Virus record (IMG/VR): IMGVR_UViG_3300048881_000780
Reading direction: 5' to 3' (one strand)
Origin: a virus
Lineage: Duplodnaviria > Caudoviricetes
Length of the DNA: 64,000 bases
Numbering within the stretch: position 1 is the first letter of the stretch; each line of letters opens with the position of its first letter. The position numbers were made by a program, and so were the translations under genes. Below are positions 48,124 to 57,928 of the stretch, piece by piece. Below the pieces are notes generated by a model that saw only the letters and a list, made by a program, of their open reading frames with translations, was not told the origin of the DNA and did not search any database.

Positions 48124-48720
48124 TCACTTTAATGATTCTAGCCATAAGTTCGTTTTCTTTGTAGGAATCAATGGATTAAACTTTTTCACCCCAAAGAGGC
48201 CAGTAAGGTAATCTTCAGAACAATCCTCAAATGCCTCTCCAATTTCTTTATCAGTAGACTCAAGGTCTCTACCAAATTCATTATTGGCCCATTTATCAAA
48301 ATTCATCTTGTTAAGATTTCCATTATATATAAAGTAACAATCCCTGCTGGTAGTAAAACAACTCCATCCCTTTAGTACCGATCTACAGTCATACATCATG
48401 GAGGCGTTTCTAAGAAGCTTCAAAATTTCACTAGAGTTATGAAGATCTCTAGGTAACTTGTGTAAATGCAACTTTAAATCCCTAGGAATTGAGCGATCCC
48501 ATTTTTTCGGATCTAAACCAATATTTGAAATTAGATAATCTCGACAATCTACAAAATCCGATTTGTTACTAAATTGAAAGAATCCAGAAAATGAATACTT
48601 AGGCATAAACCATCCCTTGATGTTTTCGTTTCTTTTGGGAGTTTGGATCAACTGGACACTATTAGAAAAGTCATATTCAATCCATTTTTTATACTCAATT
48701 TTGGCTCCATTTTTCATCAA
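48124..48720 (-). CDS. hypothetical protein with NxW tail
   Basis: Ends TNLWLESLK; start may be 48717 or 48606. Confidence 0.65.
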   Translation of the reverse strand: MMKNGAKIEYKKWIEYDFSNSVQLIQTPKRNENIKGWFMPKYSFSGFFQFSNKSDFVDCRDYLISNIGLDPKKWDRSIPRDLKLHLHKLPRDLHNSSEILKLLRNASMMYDCRSVLKGWSCFTTSRDCYFIYNGNLNKMNFDKWANNEFGRDLESTDKEIGEAFEDCSEDYLTGLFGVKKFNPLIPTKKTNLWLESLK

Positions 48721-48725
48721 GTGTC

Positions 48726-48935
48726 CTACTTTTTTGTCGAATTGGGATACGAATAATCATTATCCAGATGATCACGGCTTACTAGATCATCACTGTCACA
48801 ATGACTACTTAATATACTCATATCCATTTTTGATCCATAGTGACTTACTAAAGGCATTAAAGTAGTTTCTATATCTACAGAGGGTGCACAGTGTAGATCA
48901 CCAATTAGAATAAGGTCTGATTTTTTCTTTTTCAT
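48726..48935 (-). CDS. hypothetical protein ending in A_AAA_AAG_TAG
   Basis: GGAG RBS; LIGDLH motif. Confidence 0.5.
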   Translation of the reverse strand: MKKKKSDLILIGDLHCAPSVDIETTLMPLVSHYGSKMDMSILSSHCDSDDLVSRDHLDNDYSYPNSTKK

Positions 48936-48959
48936 TATTTTCTCCAGTTGAAATTTAAT

Positions 48960-49268
48960 CTATATGCTGTACTCACCCAAGCATTCCCACTCACCCAGAT
49001 CTCTCTTATCTTCTGCTTGTTTTCTCTTTAGTACTCTCTGGGCCTCTTCGAGAGTATCCCACTCGCGTATAATCCACTCCATATCACAATCATATGCCTC
49101 TTCACAAAGGGATGTCCAAATAAATTCTTCTTTAAGTACCTCACCAAAGAAGCTCTTAGTTATCTCTTTACACAGGTGTTTAATGCGAAATTTTACACCA
49201 TCAGTTTCAATTTTATATTTACGCTCTCTTGGATCAGTTAGATATACTTGATAAGTTCTAGTAAACAT
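48960..49268 (-). CDS. hypothetical protein
   Basis: GGGGAG RBS. Confidence 0.65.
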   Translation of the reverse strand: MFTRTYQVYLTDPRERKYKIETDGVKFRIKHLCKEITKSFFGEVLKEEFIWTSLCEEAYDCDMEWIIREWDTLEEAQRVLKRKQAEDKRDLGEWECLGEYSI

Positions 49269-49330
49269 ATTACTCCCCTATAGATATGTGTGTACTAATT
49301 TGTATTCCTCATATTAACATGATTCTCAAC

Positions 49331-49347
49331 TTAACGCAAGCCGTTAA
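49331..49347. promoter_or_regulatory. 17-bp palindrome
   Basis: TTAACGCAAGCCGTTAA upstream of the minus-strand gene starting at 49268. Confidence 0.65.
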
Positions 49348-49351
49348 ACAA

Positions 49352-50155
49352 TCAAGATAGAGATTTTAACCAGGTATTAGAGTTAGATATTGATCTCTCT
49401 TTAACAGTCACCCCATCCATGCTCTTAAAGTGCTTTTTCTTTGTTTCACTATTAGCGATAATTTTATTAAAGATACTTCCTGCAAATATACTCTTAGTAT
49501 CTACGTCATCGTTTAATCTAAAACTTGAAATATCTAGGGTTTTTATATTCCTAAACCCTGAAAACATTTTTTTTACAAACTTAACTTCTGGTGTTCTAAA
49601 ACTCGACAAATTGACTTCTTCAAGAGAGACCATATTAAAAAACATATATGACATGGCCGTAATCTTAGAAGTATCAAAGCTTCTTAAATCTAGGGAGGTA
49701 CATTTTCGTACATCCGAGAACATTCGATACATTGATTTTACATTGCTAGTATTAAAACTAGATAAATCAATATATTCTAGACTAGTGGCCCCCTTAAACA
49801 TTTTTGACATAGTGTTAACATTGGTAGTAACTCCACCACTAAAAGACCTTAAGTTTACGCAGTTGCAAAACATGTGACTAAGATCGAACCAATCACAATC
49901 CCCTAAATCAACTACCTCAGTTAGTAAAGGAAGCGATTCGTAAGAAAAACGCATAGTTCCCACTGTTCCGGATATAGTTACCGTGTACTCTCCTATTTTT
50001 TCATAAGTAGATGAAATACAGCTATATTCCCCCTCGTATCTTTCGACTTTTCCATTTCCCCAATCGATAACAAAGTCGTGCTCTGTATCACAATCTAATT
50101 CAAGAGCAAGTTCCTTAGTATTATCCATCATTATTTTAAATATAAATGGTTTCAT
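49352..50155 (-). CDS. PKD-like + DUF285/BspA-like repeat protein with NxW tail
   Basis: IDWGNG; LSSFNTSNVKSMYRMF repeats; ends NTWLKSLS. Confidence 0.85.
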   Translation of the reverse strand: MKPFIFKIMMDNTKELALELDCDTEHDFVIDWGNGKVERYEGEYSCISSTYEKIGEYTVTISGTVGTMRFSYESLPLLTEVVDLGDCDWFDLSHMFCNCVNLRSFSGGVTTNVNTMSKMFKGATSLEYIDLSSFNTSNVKSMYRMFSDVRKCTSLDLRSFDTSKITAMSYMFFNMVSLEEVNLSSFRTPEVKFVKKMFSGFRNIKTLDISSFRLNDDVDTKSIFAGSIFNKIIANSETKKKHFKSMDGVTVKERSISNSNTWLKSLS

Positions 50156-50964
50156 GATATTGCCTTTAACCAGTTATTTCTTTGGTTATTAATGGGTTTA
50201 GTAATAACTTTTTCATTATCTTTAAAGTACTTTAACTTCGCTGACCCAGATACCATTACTTGAAGTGGCCCTTCATTGAAAATATTATCTATATCGCAGT
50301 TATCAAAGTTAAATCCACTAAGATCTAGAAACTTTAGGGATTTGCATTTTTCAAATAGAAAGCTCATATCCTTTATGTTTTTAGTATCTATAGAACTTAA
50401 ATTAATAGATTCAAGTGCTCTCATTTCACTAAATATACAACTGGCCTCAATTAATTTTGAAGTATCGAAACTAGACAGATCTAAATGCTTCAGGGAACAA
50501 GTATTATGAAACATAAAACTCATATCTAAAACATTTCTTGTATCAAATGAGGATAAATCCACACTCTCTAGGGAAGTAGCATTACAGAACATCCCCTTCA
50601 TATTTGTAACATGAGAAGTCTCTCCCCCTTTAAATTTTATTAAGTTAGAGCAAGCGTAGAATATATCATTAAGTGATTCCCAATTACAATTACCTAGATC
50701 AATGACTTCAGTGATCATTGTTGCTGTATCAAAATTAAATCCTAGCTTTTTAATATCTCCGCTTATTCGAATAATATAATCCTTACTATCTTTATACTCA
50801 TGATAGATTGATCTACTTCTTAAGTCAGGATCATTGCGCTCCACTATATTTCCATCACCCCAGTCTATAGAAAACTCATATCCTGAGTGTTTAGTGAAAT
50901 TAATCGTAACTCTCTTATTCTCCCCTCCAAAAACAAGAATATCATAAAACAGAACTTGACACAA
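50152..50964 (-). CDS. PKD-like + DUF285/BspA-like repeat protein with NxW tail
   Basis: IDWGDG; LSSFDTRNVLDMSFMF repeats; ends NNWLKAIS; start uncertain. Confidence 0.8.
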   Translation of the reverse strand: MCQVLFYDILVFGGENKRVTINFTKHSGYEFSIDWGDGNIVERNDPDLRSRSIYHEYKDSKDYIIRISGDIKKLGFNFDTATMITEVIDLGNCNWESLNDIFYACSNLIKFKGGETSHVTNMKGMFCNATSLESVDLSSFDTRNVLDMSFMFHNTCSLKHLDLSSFDTSKLIEASCIFSEMRALESINLSSIDTKNIKDMSFLFEKCKSLKFLDLSGFNFDNCDIDNIFNEGPLQVMVSGSAKLKYFKDNEKVITKPINNQRNNWLKAIS

Positions 50965-50972
50965 GTCGTTAA
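50956..50972 (+). promoter_or_regulatory. palindrome/-35
   Basis: TTGACACAAGTCGTTAA, 17 bp to TATACT. Confidence 0.8.
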
Positions 50973-51018
50973 CAAATATATACTATACAAAACTAATCGG
51001 TTTTACTTAGGGGGAGAG

Positions 51019-51267
51019 ATGAGATCATTTAATTTTAAAGCTAAAAAAGTTGAAACTGCTGGCTCTAAAGTAGAACTCATAAGAGTTACATCAGAAGAAG
51101 AATTAGAAAAAGTAGTTCATTTCTTAAAGGGATTATGTGTACAAACTTACGCATATTATACAAAACACAATCCTAACTCCAATTCATTTGCTAGTGAGGA
51201 GGAATTTGAGAGGTATGTGGTAGATGAAGCATCTAGAGATAGTGCTCAAGTAGTTGTTTTACTTTAA
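51019..51267 (+). CDS. hypothetical protein
   Basis: ATG after GGGGGAG. Confidence 0.6.
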   Translation: MRSFNFKAKKVETAGSKVELIRVTSEEELEKVVHFLKGLCVQTYAYYTKHNPNSNSFASEEEFERYVVDEASRDSAQVVVLL

Positions 51268-51287
51268 TTTAACCAAGAGATTAGCAT

Positions 51288-52037
51288 ATGAAACATACTC
51301 CAAAGAAACCATTAGTACTCTACTTTCAGACAAAAATTGGTGAAAAGATTGAAATTGATATCACAAAAAAAGACGCAAAACCTCTACAAATCACCTGTGG
51401 AGATGAATCGTATATCTCAAATGAAGAAATTGAATATGAATGCTTCACTCCTAAGTTAAGTAGTGATGGTTCGTACGTCGTAAAGGTTTGGGGAGATCTA
51501 GATTTAAGATTTGCCTTTCAAAACATCTCTTTATTGAATAATCTGATCAAAGTTGAAACTGGAGACTTTATATTCACTCATCCAGACTCTTTTAATGGTT
51601 GCATTAATTTAAGAGAGTTTCATGTAACTGGCATGGCCATTATGACAAATATTAAAGGAATGTTCTGCGGGTGTGCTTCTCTAGATTATATAGATTTAAG
51701 AGGTGTCTTTTTTACAGATGACGTTAACTCTACTGAATTCATGTTCTCGTACTGTGAAAATTTAAGAAAAGTAGAATTTCCTAGATCCTCTTTTGGTGAA
51801 AATATCCACAATATGAATAGAATGTTTCTCGATTGCCCTAAACTAGAACATGTAAATATGAGAAGATTTAGACCTAGTGAAGAGGTATTAATGGAGTCTC
51901 TACTTGATACAAAAGCCATGTGTGGACAAATTACAGTATCTCATAGTGTGAAAGAGAGATATTTCCAAGATAGTGATATTTTCTGTACGTCGGATACTAC
52001 AAATATCTGGTTAGAGTCTCTTTCGGATGTTGCCTAA
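51288..52037 (+). CDS. DUF285/BspA-like repeat protein with NxW tail (closest to 20482-21210)
   Basis: GMFCGCASL, FMFSYCENL, RMFLDCPKL; ends NIWLESLSDVA. Confidence 0.75.
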   Translation: MKHTPKKPLVLYFQTKIGEKIEIDITKKDAKPLQITCGDESYISNEEIEYECFTPKLSSDGSYVVKVWGDLDLRFAFQNISLLNNLIKVETGDFIFTHPDSFNGCINLREFHVTGMAIMTNIKGMFCGCASLDYIDLRGVFFTDDVNSTEFMFSYCENLRKVEFPRSSFGENIHNMNRMFLDCPKLEHVNMRRFRPSEEVLMESLLDTKAMCGQITVSHSVKERYFQDSDIFCTSDTTNIWLESLSDVA

Positions 52038-52411
52038 TGGAAAATATAAAATTTTTAACTTTCTTTGATAAGTTACTATTGAGTTCCCCTTTAATATCAA
52101 TGGGCATTTCTCTATTTTGTAATCTGTCATATATTTCAACAGTTTATACCTTAATTACTATGACTATGCTTACAACAGTGATCACAATTCACAGAATTTC
52201 TTTTTGTGACCATAGATATATAAATCTAGCTGTTGTTAATTCATTGAGTTTATTTTTTACTATGATTTGCTCACTAGGTATCTTTATTGAAATATCGTCT
52301 GTGATTATTCCAATTTTAATTTCCATAGAGATTATCAAGTCTATTATCCATATAAATCTACAAGAGAAATACCATGGATCTTTTTACGATAAGTCAGTAA
52401 AGGAGATTTGA
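52037..52411 (+). CDS. membrane protein
   Basis: About four hydrophobic segments. Confidence 0.6.
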   Translation: MENIKFLTFFDKLLLSSPLISMGISLFCNLSYISTVYTLITMTMLTTVITIHRISFCDHRYINLAVVNSLSLFFTMICSLGIFIEISSVIIPILISIEIIKSIIHINLQEKYHGSFYDKSVKEI

Positions 52412-52782
52412 TGAAATATCTAAAAATAGTACATGTTAAGTTCACTGGTAAAGAGATTAAGATTCCTGCTCTGGTTTTCAAAATGCAGTCTAGTGCTGAT
52501 GATTATATTGAAGATAAAATCGATGAGATCAAGTCAATTCTTAGAGACTATCAAGATGTAAAAGTAACTATTCGGTATGGTACTAGCGTACCAGTGTGCG
52601 AAAATATTACTGAATCTATTGAAGATAAGCCTAACTACTCTCCAATATCGATTGAAAAAGGTGTTCTAGATAATAAAATAGCCGAGATTAATGTCGATTA
52701 CTATAATGAATTCTTAGAGCTTCACTTTGATATAATTAAGGAAGTTAGTATTATTGACTACTGTGGATTTGACTTAGACTAG
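52408..52782 (+). CDS. hypothetical protein
   Basis: Coupled start. Confidence 0.6.
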   Translation: MMKYLKIVHVKFTGKEIKIPALVFKMQSSADDYIEDKIDEIKSILRDYQDVKVTIRYGTSVPVCENITESIEDKPNYSPISIEKGVLDNKIAEINVDYYNEFLELHFDIIKEVSIIDYCGFDLD

Positions 52783-53373
52783 CTATCCAACCTTTTTATA
52801 GAGTTCGCTAGTTAAAATATCATAAATAGAGTTCCAGCAATCCACTCTAAGAATCGGATTATTACAATTAACTTGATTGTATGAAGTATTTATTAGAACA
52901 GATCTGTGCCCCACTTCAAGACCTATGAGTGCATTTTTATAATTATCTTCAATCCAATATGATGAAGGATACTTTGCAAGTAACTCTTTTTTACATTCAT
53001 CAAAATCTAGACAGTGAATCTCACTAAAGAAATCCTCCCCTAGCACCTGGTTTAAGTTAATTTCTCTTTTTTTAGATAATTCTCTTCCACACTTTGTTAT
53101 GGCCACAAAACTAAAGTCATGCTCATTTCTAAGCTTAAGTAGAATATCCCTAGATTTCCCTAAGGCCTCTAAATTAGAGAAGTTTTCACTTTCATTAAAT
53201 TGGTAAATCAATTCTAAGATCTCTTTAGAATCCAGGTTAAACCAGTTGCTAAAGCAATAACTGCTGGGATTCTCTTTTACTGGCTTATGTCCTAAATCGA
53301 TCATAAAGTCTTTAAAGCTTGCGACCCAATCTAAAACTACACCATCAATATCAACTAGTATTAACTTACTCAT
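52783..53373 (-). CDS. HAD 5'(3')-deoxyribonucleotidase-like protein (phage type)
   Basis: LVDIDGVVLDW, WIEDNYKN, YNQ...RVDCW. Confidence 0.8.
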   Translation of the reverse strand: MSKLILVDIDGVVLDWVASFKDFMIDLGHKPVKENPSSYCFSNWFNLDSKEILELIYQFNESENFSNLEALGKSRDILLKLRNEHDFSFVAITKCGRELSKKREINLNQVLGEDFFSEIHCLDFDECKKELLAKYPSSYWIEDNYKNALIGLEVGHRSVLINTSYNQVNCNNPILRVDCWNSIYDILTSELYKKVG

Positions 53374-53415
53374 ATCTTAATTTTACCATAAACCAAAGGA
53401 GTCTCAATTTATTTC

Positions 53416-53432
53416 TTGACACAAGACGTTAA
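53416..53432 (+). promoter_or_regulatory. palindrome/-35
   Basis: TTGACACAAGACGTTAA, 17 bp to TATTAT. Confidence 0.75.
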
Positions 53433-53474
53433 AAAACTTATTATAAATACATAATTTTTATATCGGGGGGATAT

Positions 53475-54437
53475 ATGTTAACAATTTCAAATCTTAAGAC
53501 TCATGTATCTAAAATTTTAAGTCTTGATTTCTTTTATCTATCAAATATTTGGTCAAATGATGGTAGTGGAGATTTTAATATTTCCATTTTTGGGGATTCT
53601 CATAATATAAGTTCGATGAGGTTATTAGGTATAATTAACTTTAATGGAAAGGGCCTTATTAAGTCTTTTAAGCTTATCAATGGAGATGAGTACTCTAACT
53701 TAAATGGGAAATATATTAACTTAAGTTCTTTCAAATACGATTACGAAAAGATCATTAAAACTAGACCTGTGGGTGTTGAAGGATGTGATATTATTGGAAT
53801 TGTTAATGATAATGGAGAGGCAATTGTATATAGCCTAGAAGATTATAAACAACTAAAATTACCCTACCAATATCATGGAAATAACGAAGTAAAAAAAGAC
53901 TATAAAAATTGTAAAGTTATCGATATCTATCGTGAGTTAATGAGTAAATATGGTGACTACCTAACAAGTGCTAATATTTATGATGATGGTCAAAAAGATT
54001 ACAACTTTAAATTTAAAATTAAAGGTTTTAGTCTTAATGTCACAATTAGTTGCTTCTTTTCTTATGCAATTAAACTCAAGATATATAATGCTAGTGGCGA
54101 TCTCGTTATAAAATCAAATGGAAATCAAATTAATAGTATATATCGATTTTTTGAGGACATTGAATGTGGAGTTTTTTCTAAGGGAACGAGAGATGCTATT
54201 TTCTTTAGTCAAATTAGAGATTTGATTTCTTTTAACTCTGACAAATCAGATAATGTATATAACTTAGAATTTTCAAAGGTTTCTGGTTCAATCCCATTAT
54301 TTATAGACTTTAATAGTAAGACAATATCGCTTATGAAGAAAACTAGAAGTACCAAATATATACCCAATAAGGTTGATAACATGAATACTCTTCTTAAGGA
54401 CTTTGATCATCAATCTTACGTACTAAAAGCTTCATAG
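53475..54437 (+). CDS. hypothetical protein
   Basis: 320-aa ORF. Confidence 0.7.
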   Translation: MLTISNLKTHVSKILSLDFFYLSNIWSNDGSGDFNISIFGDSHNISSMRLLGIINFNGKGLIKSFKLINGDEYSNLNGKYINLSSFKYDYEKIIKTRPVGVEGCDIIGIVNDNGEAIVYSLEDYKQLKLPYQYHGNNEVKKDYKNCKVIDIYRELMSKYGDYLTSANIYDDGQKDYNFKFKIKGFSLNVTISCFFSYAIKLKIYNASGDLVIKSNGNQINSIYRFFEDIECGVFSKGTRDAIFFSQIRDLISFNSDKSDNVYNLEFSKVSGSIPLFIDFNSKTISLMKKTRSTKYIPNKVDNMNTLLKDFDHQSYVLKAS

Positions 54438-54444
54438 GTAATTT

Positions 54445-54717
54445 ATGAACCATTTAGAATACTTTAACAACTTAACAAGTAAAATCGACGATATAACTAA
54501 GATGAGCAGCTTTGTAGATATGTCGGAAGCATCTAGAGTCTTATCTACGAAAGTAGCTCTAGATATCTACTCGGATTGGCCATGTGATGCCCGTAGGGCC
54601 TATGACATAAATGAAATCCTCTATTTAGTATATGAGGAAGCTAATATCGAGGTAATGAGAGAGATTTTATCTTACGCTAAACGAGAAGTGTTAGCGGTAA
54701 TAGAAACATTAAGGTGA
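54445..54717 (+). CDS. hypothetical protein
   Basis: Operon member. Confidence 0.55.
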   Translation: MNHLEYFNNLTSKIDDITKMSSFVDMSEASRVLSTKVALDIYSDWPCDARRAYDINEILYLVYEEANIEVMREILSYAKREVLAVIETLR

Positions 54718-54894
54718 GGATTAAGTAATGGGAATCTTAAAGTCAATTCTCCGGGAGTTACATATGGAAACTAAAGAATCAGAACAAAGAAGAAAGTTTA
54801 ATTGTGAACAACTTGAATATAGAAAGAGATTGAGAGTTTTAATCTATAATCATAACTTTAGAAAGCTTTTTAAGGCCAATAAGAGGAAGTAGTA

Positions 54895-55242
54895 ATGAAG
54901 ATACTAGATAGACTTCAAAGATATAGCGATAGTATCAGTTATACTCAGTATAGATTCGATAAATTGTCCAATTTCTTAACTTTTGACGAATATAAAGAAG
55001 ATAAGATTTTAAAATTTATGAAATCAATAGTTACTCAACCTAAATACTTTGAAATTATGGATCGAGAAAATAAAAATCTATCTGTAAATGAACTGGTTGA
55101 ACTAAGTGATCAAGATGTTTATTCTAGTATTCAAATGAGATTGTCCAATTCTAAATCCTATGGTGGAGACGCTAGAGGCCTATTGGGAGTAATTAAAGAA
55201 AATAGTGATTTTAAGGTATTAGAGTTAAAGGCTACCTGGTAG
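54895..55242 (+). CDS. hypothetical protein
   Basis: GAGG RBS. Confidence 0.6.
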   Translation: MKILDRLQRYSDSISYTQYRFDKLSNFLTFDEYKEDKILKFMKSIVTQPKYFEIMDRENKNLSVNELVELSDQDVYSSIQMRLSNSKSYGGDARGLLGVIKENSDFKVLELKATW

Positions 55243-55260
55243 TCATTTTGGGGATATAGG

Positions 55261-55599
55261 ATGAGTATAGCTGATATACATAGAGAAGATACACTTATTG
55301 AAAGAGAGAAACTATGGGGAGACATCACCTCTCTGAGTACAAAAGATCTTGTTAGAGCTGTAGAGAATCTTTTTTCTAATAAAGATATTAGTGGGAATAA
55401 TATTAATGGTTTTTATTATCAGACCTCTATTTACGATGATATGGCCAAGGATATTATAAATCGCTTCAATGACGAAGGAAGTATCTCTAAGTCACAGGTT
55501 ATTGCGCTTTCTAATCACTATTTAAATAACGGACCAATTGGAAAGACTGGAACACTAGTTTTGAGTAAAGGTTTTGGTAAAAGTAAGATCGTAAAATAA
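55261..55599 (+). CDS. hypothetical protein
   Basis: Operon member. Confidence 0.6.
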   Translation: MSIADIHREDTLIEREKLWGDITSLSTKDLVRAVENLFSNKDISGNNINGFYYQTSIYDDMAKDIINRFNDEGSISKSQVIALSNHYLNNGPIGKTGTLVLSKGFGKSKIVK

Positions 55600-55611
55600 T
55601 CAAAATAACTC

Positions 55612-55628
55612 TTGACACCTCACGTTAA
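55612..55628 (+). promoter_or_regulatory. palindrome/-35
   Basis: TTGACACCTCACGTTAA. Confidence 0.75.
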
Positions 55629-55661
55629 AATATGTATTATATATAAACACAGGGGGATTCT

Positions 55662-56192
55662 ATGAAAAGACTTAAATATTATGAAGTATCTATGGACACA
55701 GGCAGTAACTACTCTTCTTTTGTCGCAAGATTTAACGACAAAAAAGAGGCCATAGAAGTTCTAAGTAAGTGTGATCTTTTAAAGAGTAATCTGATCAATT
55801 TAAGTAATGGACATCTATCACCAGAAGAAAAAGAGACTTTCACTAAAGATTTCTTAGAAAATAACTCAAATGCTAAAGTAGATGTTAAATACTTCGAGCT
55901 ATCTAAGTCTAATGACATCCAAATGTCTATCGAGGAAGTGGATAATCAATTGATTTGTTCTCTCTCTTACCCTGTAAAAATAGAGTTTTTGCAAGAATCA
56001 CCAGAGGTTAAGGAAGAAGGTAAGCCTTACCAGCCTGCTAAAATGGAAATAGTAGATACTAAAACTTTTCAAAGAGATGTAAATTTCACACTATGGGATA
56101 GTGGATACAGGGAAATTATTCTCGGGTATGAGCCAACATATAGAGGAAGTTTTCTAGTAAATGGTAAAGCAACTGACTTAAGTGATATTTAA
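55662..56192 (+). CDS. hypothetical protein
   Basis: AGGGGG RBS. Confidence 0.65.
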   Translation: MKRLKYYEVSMDTGSNYSSFVARFNDKKEAIEVLSKCDLLKSNLINLSNGHLSPEEKETFTKDFLENNSNAKVDVKYFELSKSNDIQMSIEEVDNQLICSLSYPVKIEFLQESPEVKEEGKPYQPAKMEIVDTKTFQRDVNFTLWDSGYREIILGYEPTYRGSFLVNGKATDLSDI

Positions 56193-56220
56193 TACTTATA
56201 ATTAAAAATAGGAGCAATAT

Positions 56221-56613
56221 ATGAAAGCGTTAACTAGAGAAACGGAAATTCCACTTATGAAATTTGAATTTATTAATAATTTTCATCAAGAACTTTTTAA
56301 TATGACCGAGGATGCGAGAATCGAATTATTGCTTACTAAAGGTAGTACTACTTCTAGAGACTTAGTGAAGAGAAAAGATCATTTTCTTAGAGATGTTCTT
56401 AGAAGAGAATTCGAATACTCACAATGGCCAAATCAATTAATCATGATAGCTAACATGCAAATGAAAGGCATTCAGTTATTTAGTACAGTAAAGTGCCCGG
56501 CGCAACTAGATTTAATCAAAAGCGAATTATCTAAATTAAGGGATGCGAATTCATCAAGGGAGTTATTTTTCATATCTAAAGATATTACAAATAAGTTACT
56601 CCACCATTTATAA
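56221..56613 (+). CDS. hypothetical protein
   Basis: AGGAG RBS. Confidence 0.65.
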   Translation: MKALTRETEIPLMKFEFINNFHQELFNMTEDARIELLLTKGSTTSRDLVKRKDHFLRDVLRREFEYSQWPNQLIMIANMQMKGIQLFSTVKCPAQLDLIKSELSKLRDANSSRELFFISKDITNKLLHHL

Positions 56614-56653
56614 ACAGAGCAAGAAGTTAAATATTAATATTTAAATTTAACTA

Positions 56654-56670
56654 TTGACACATAGCGTTAT
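56654..56670 (+). promoter_or_regulatory. palindrome/-35 (one mismatch)
   Basis: TTGACACATAGCGTTAT followed by TATAAT. Confidence 0.65.
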
Positions 56671-56702
56671 GCTATATATAATACTCCTACAGGGGAGTTA
56701 TT

Positions 56703-57074
56703 ATGAAAAACGCACAAAACATTAGAAAGTTTGCAACTACTTTTATTTCAAGTGAGATCGATCTATTAAATTTCCATATTAAGGAATACAAGGAACTCTT
56801 CGAATCTAGTCCATTTATAGCGGTAACTGAACGAGGAAATGATATCGAGAGAATCGTTGCTTATCTAGATGTGTACGAAACTGTAGCTCTAGGGTTAAAG
56901 AAGAGAACGTCTGATGAAATGGTCTACAATTTAGAAAGTGAATTACACCACTGGTTAATAAATCTAACTTTCAAGCCAGAGATGGGAAAATTATCAAATC
57001 ACAAGGCCCAAGCTGTAAGTTCTTTACTTAGAGAAATTTTTGGGGATTCTCCAATTTCAAATAGAGGTTATTAA
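56703..57074 (+). CDS. hypothetical protein
   Basis: GGGGAG RBS. Confidence 0.65.
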   Translation: MKNAQNIRKFATTFISSEIDLLNFHIKEYKELFESSPFIAVTERGNDIERIVAYLDVYETVALGLKKRTSDEMVYNLESELHHWLINLTFKPEMGKLSNHKAQAVSSLLREIFGDSPISNRGY

Positions 57075-57076
57075 TC

Positions 57077-57610
57077 ATGACTAACTATATATGTTCAACT
57101 TGTAATGAAAATAAAGATGAGAATGACCTATTTAGCTGTCTGAATGAGCATATCCACGAGAAGCATGAGAGTTTATGCGATTCGTATAATCAGGGAGATT
57201 TTCACTGTTCTGATCACATGGATAATTATATGCAATTTTGCAATAAGTGTTCTGATAAAATGAGCGATAAAGAAAAGTTTATGGCCGTTTTAAAGTATGA
57301 ATCTAGGCACTCAACTGATGGCGTAAGAGTGGCCTCTGAAGTGACCTCTGAAACTAAGTTATTCGAGAATATTTCCCTATTAAGATTAAATAGAATGACA
57401 ATTAACTACGCAGATGTGGTTAAAGCGGAATACTCCGAATCAAGTAATCTAACAACCTTCACTCTTGGTTCCATGAGTGGAGGGAGATTCATTACCCGAG
57501 TGGAATCATTCACTATTAGTGGTAATGACGATTGTTATTCATTTGAAGAAGGTAATATGACCCTTTTAGAGGCCCTAGAGAGATCTTTTTTATATATTGA
57601 GGAAAATTAA
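57077..57610 (+). CDS. Cys/His-rich hypothetical protein
   Basis: CSTC, CSDH, CNKC. Confidence 0.6.
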   Translation: MTNYICSTCNENKDENDLFSCLNEHIHEKHESLCDSYNQGDFHCSDHMDNYMQFCNKCSDKMSDKEKFMAVLKYESRHSTDGVRVASEVTSETKLFENISLLRLNRMTINYADVVKAEYSESSNLTTFTLGSMSGGRFITRVESFTISGNDDCYSFEEGNMTLLEALERSFLYIEEN

Positions 57611-57928
57611 ATGGAAGATAGTAAAATAAATGCCGTTATTGCAACTTTTCTAGGATGGTATAGACTATTTAGGCACGATCGTGGAGATAGTTATGTCTGG
57701 AATAATCCAGAGGGATTTGAAACAAAACCTGGATTTACTAAGTCCCTGGATTCATTATTTCCAGCAGTTAGAAAACTTCATGAATCGTATGGTGAGAGTG
57801 TGTCAAACTCGATATTAAAGGAATTATCTGTTAATATGAAGATGGAACTCGTAAACAATGACCATGATGGGATTCGAAAAGTAGCAGAGAATATAGCTGA
57901 GAAAATAATGGAGCTTGAAAATGGATAG
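57611..57928 (+). CDS. phage ABA-sandwich-like hypothetical protein
   Basis: INAVIATFLGW...FTKSLDSLFPAVRKL. Confidence 0.55.
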   Translation: MEDSKINAVIATFLGWYRLFRHDRGDSYVWNNPEGFETKPGFTKSLDSLFPAVRKLHESYGESVSNSILKELSVNMKMELVNNDHDGIRKVAENIAEKIMELENG

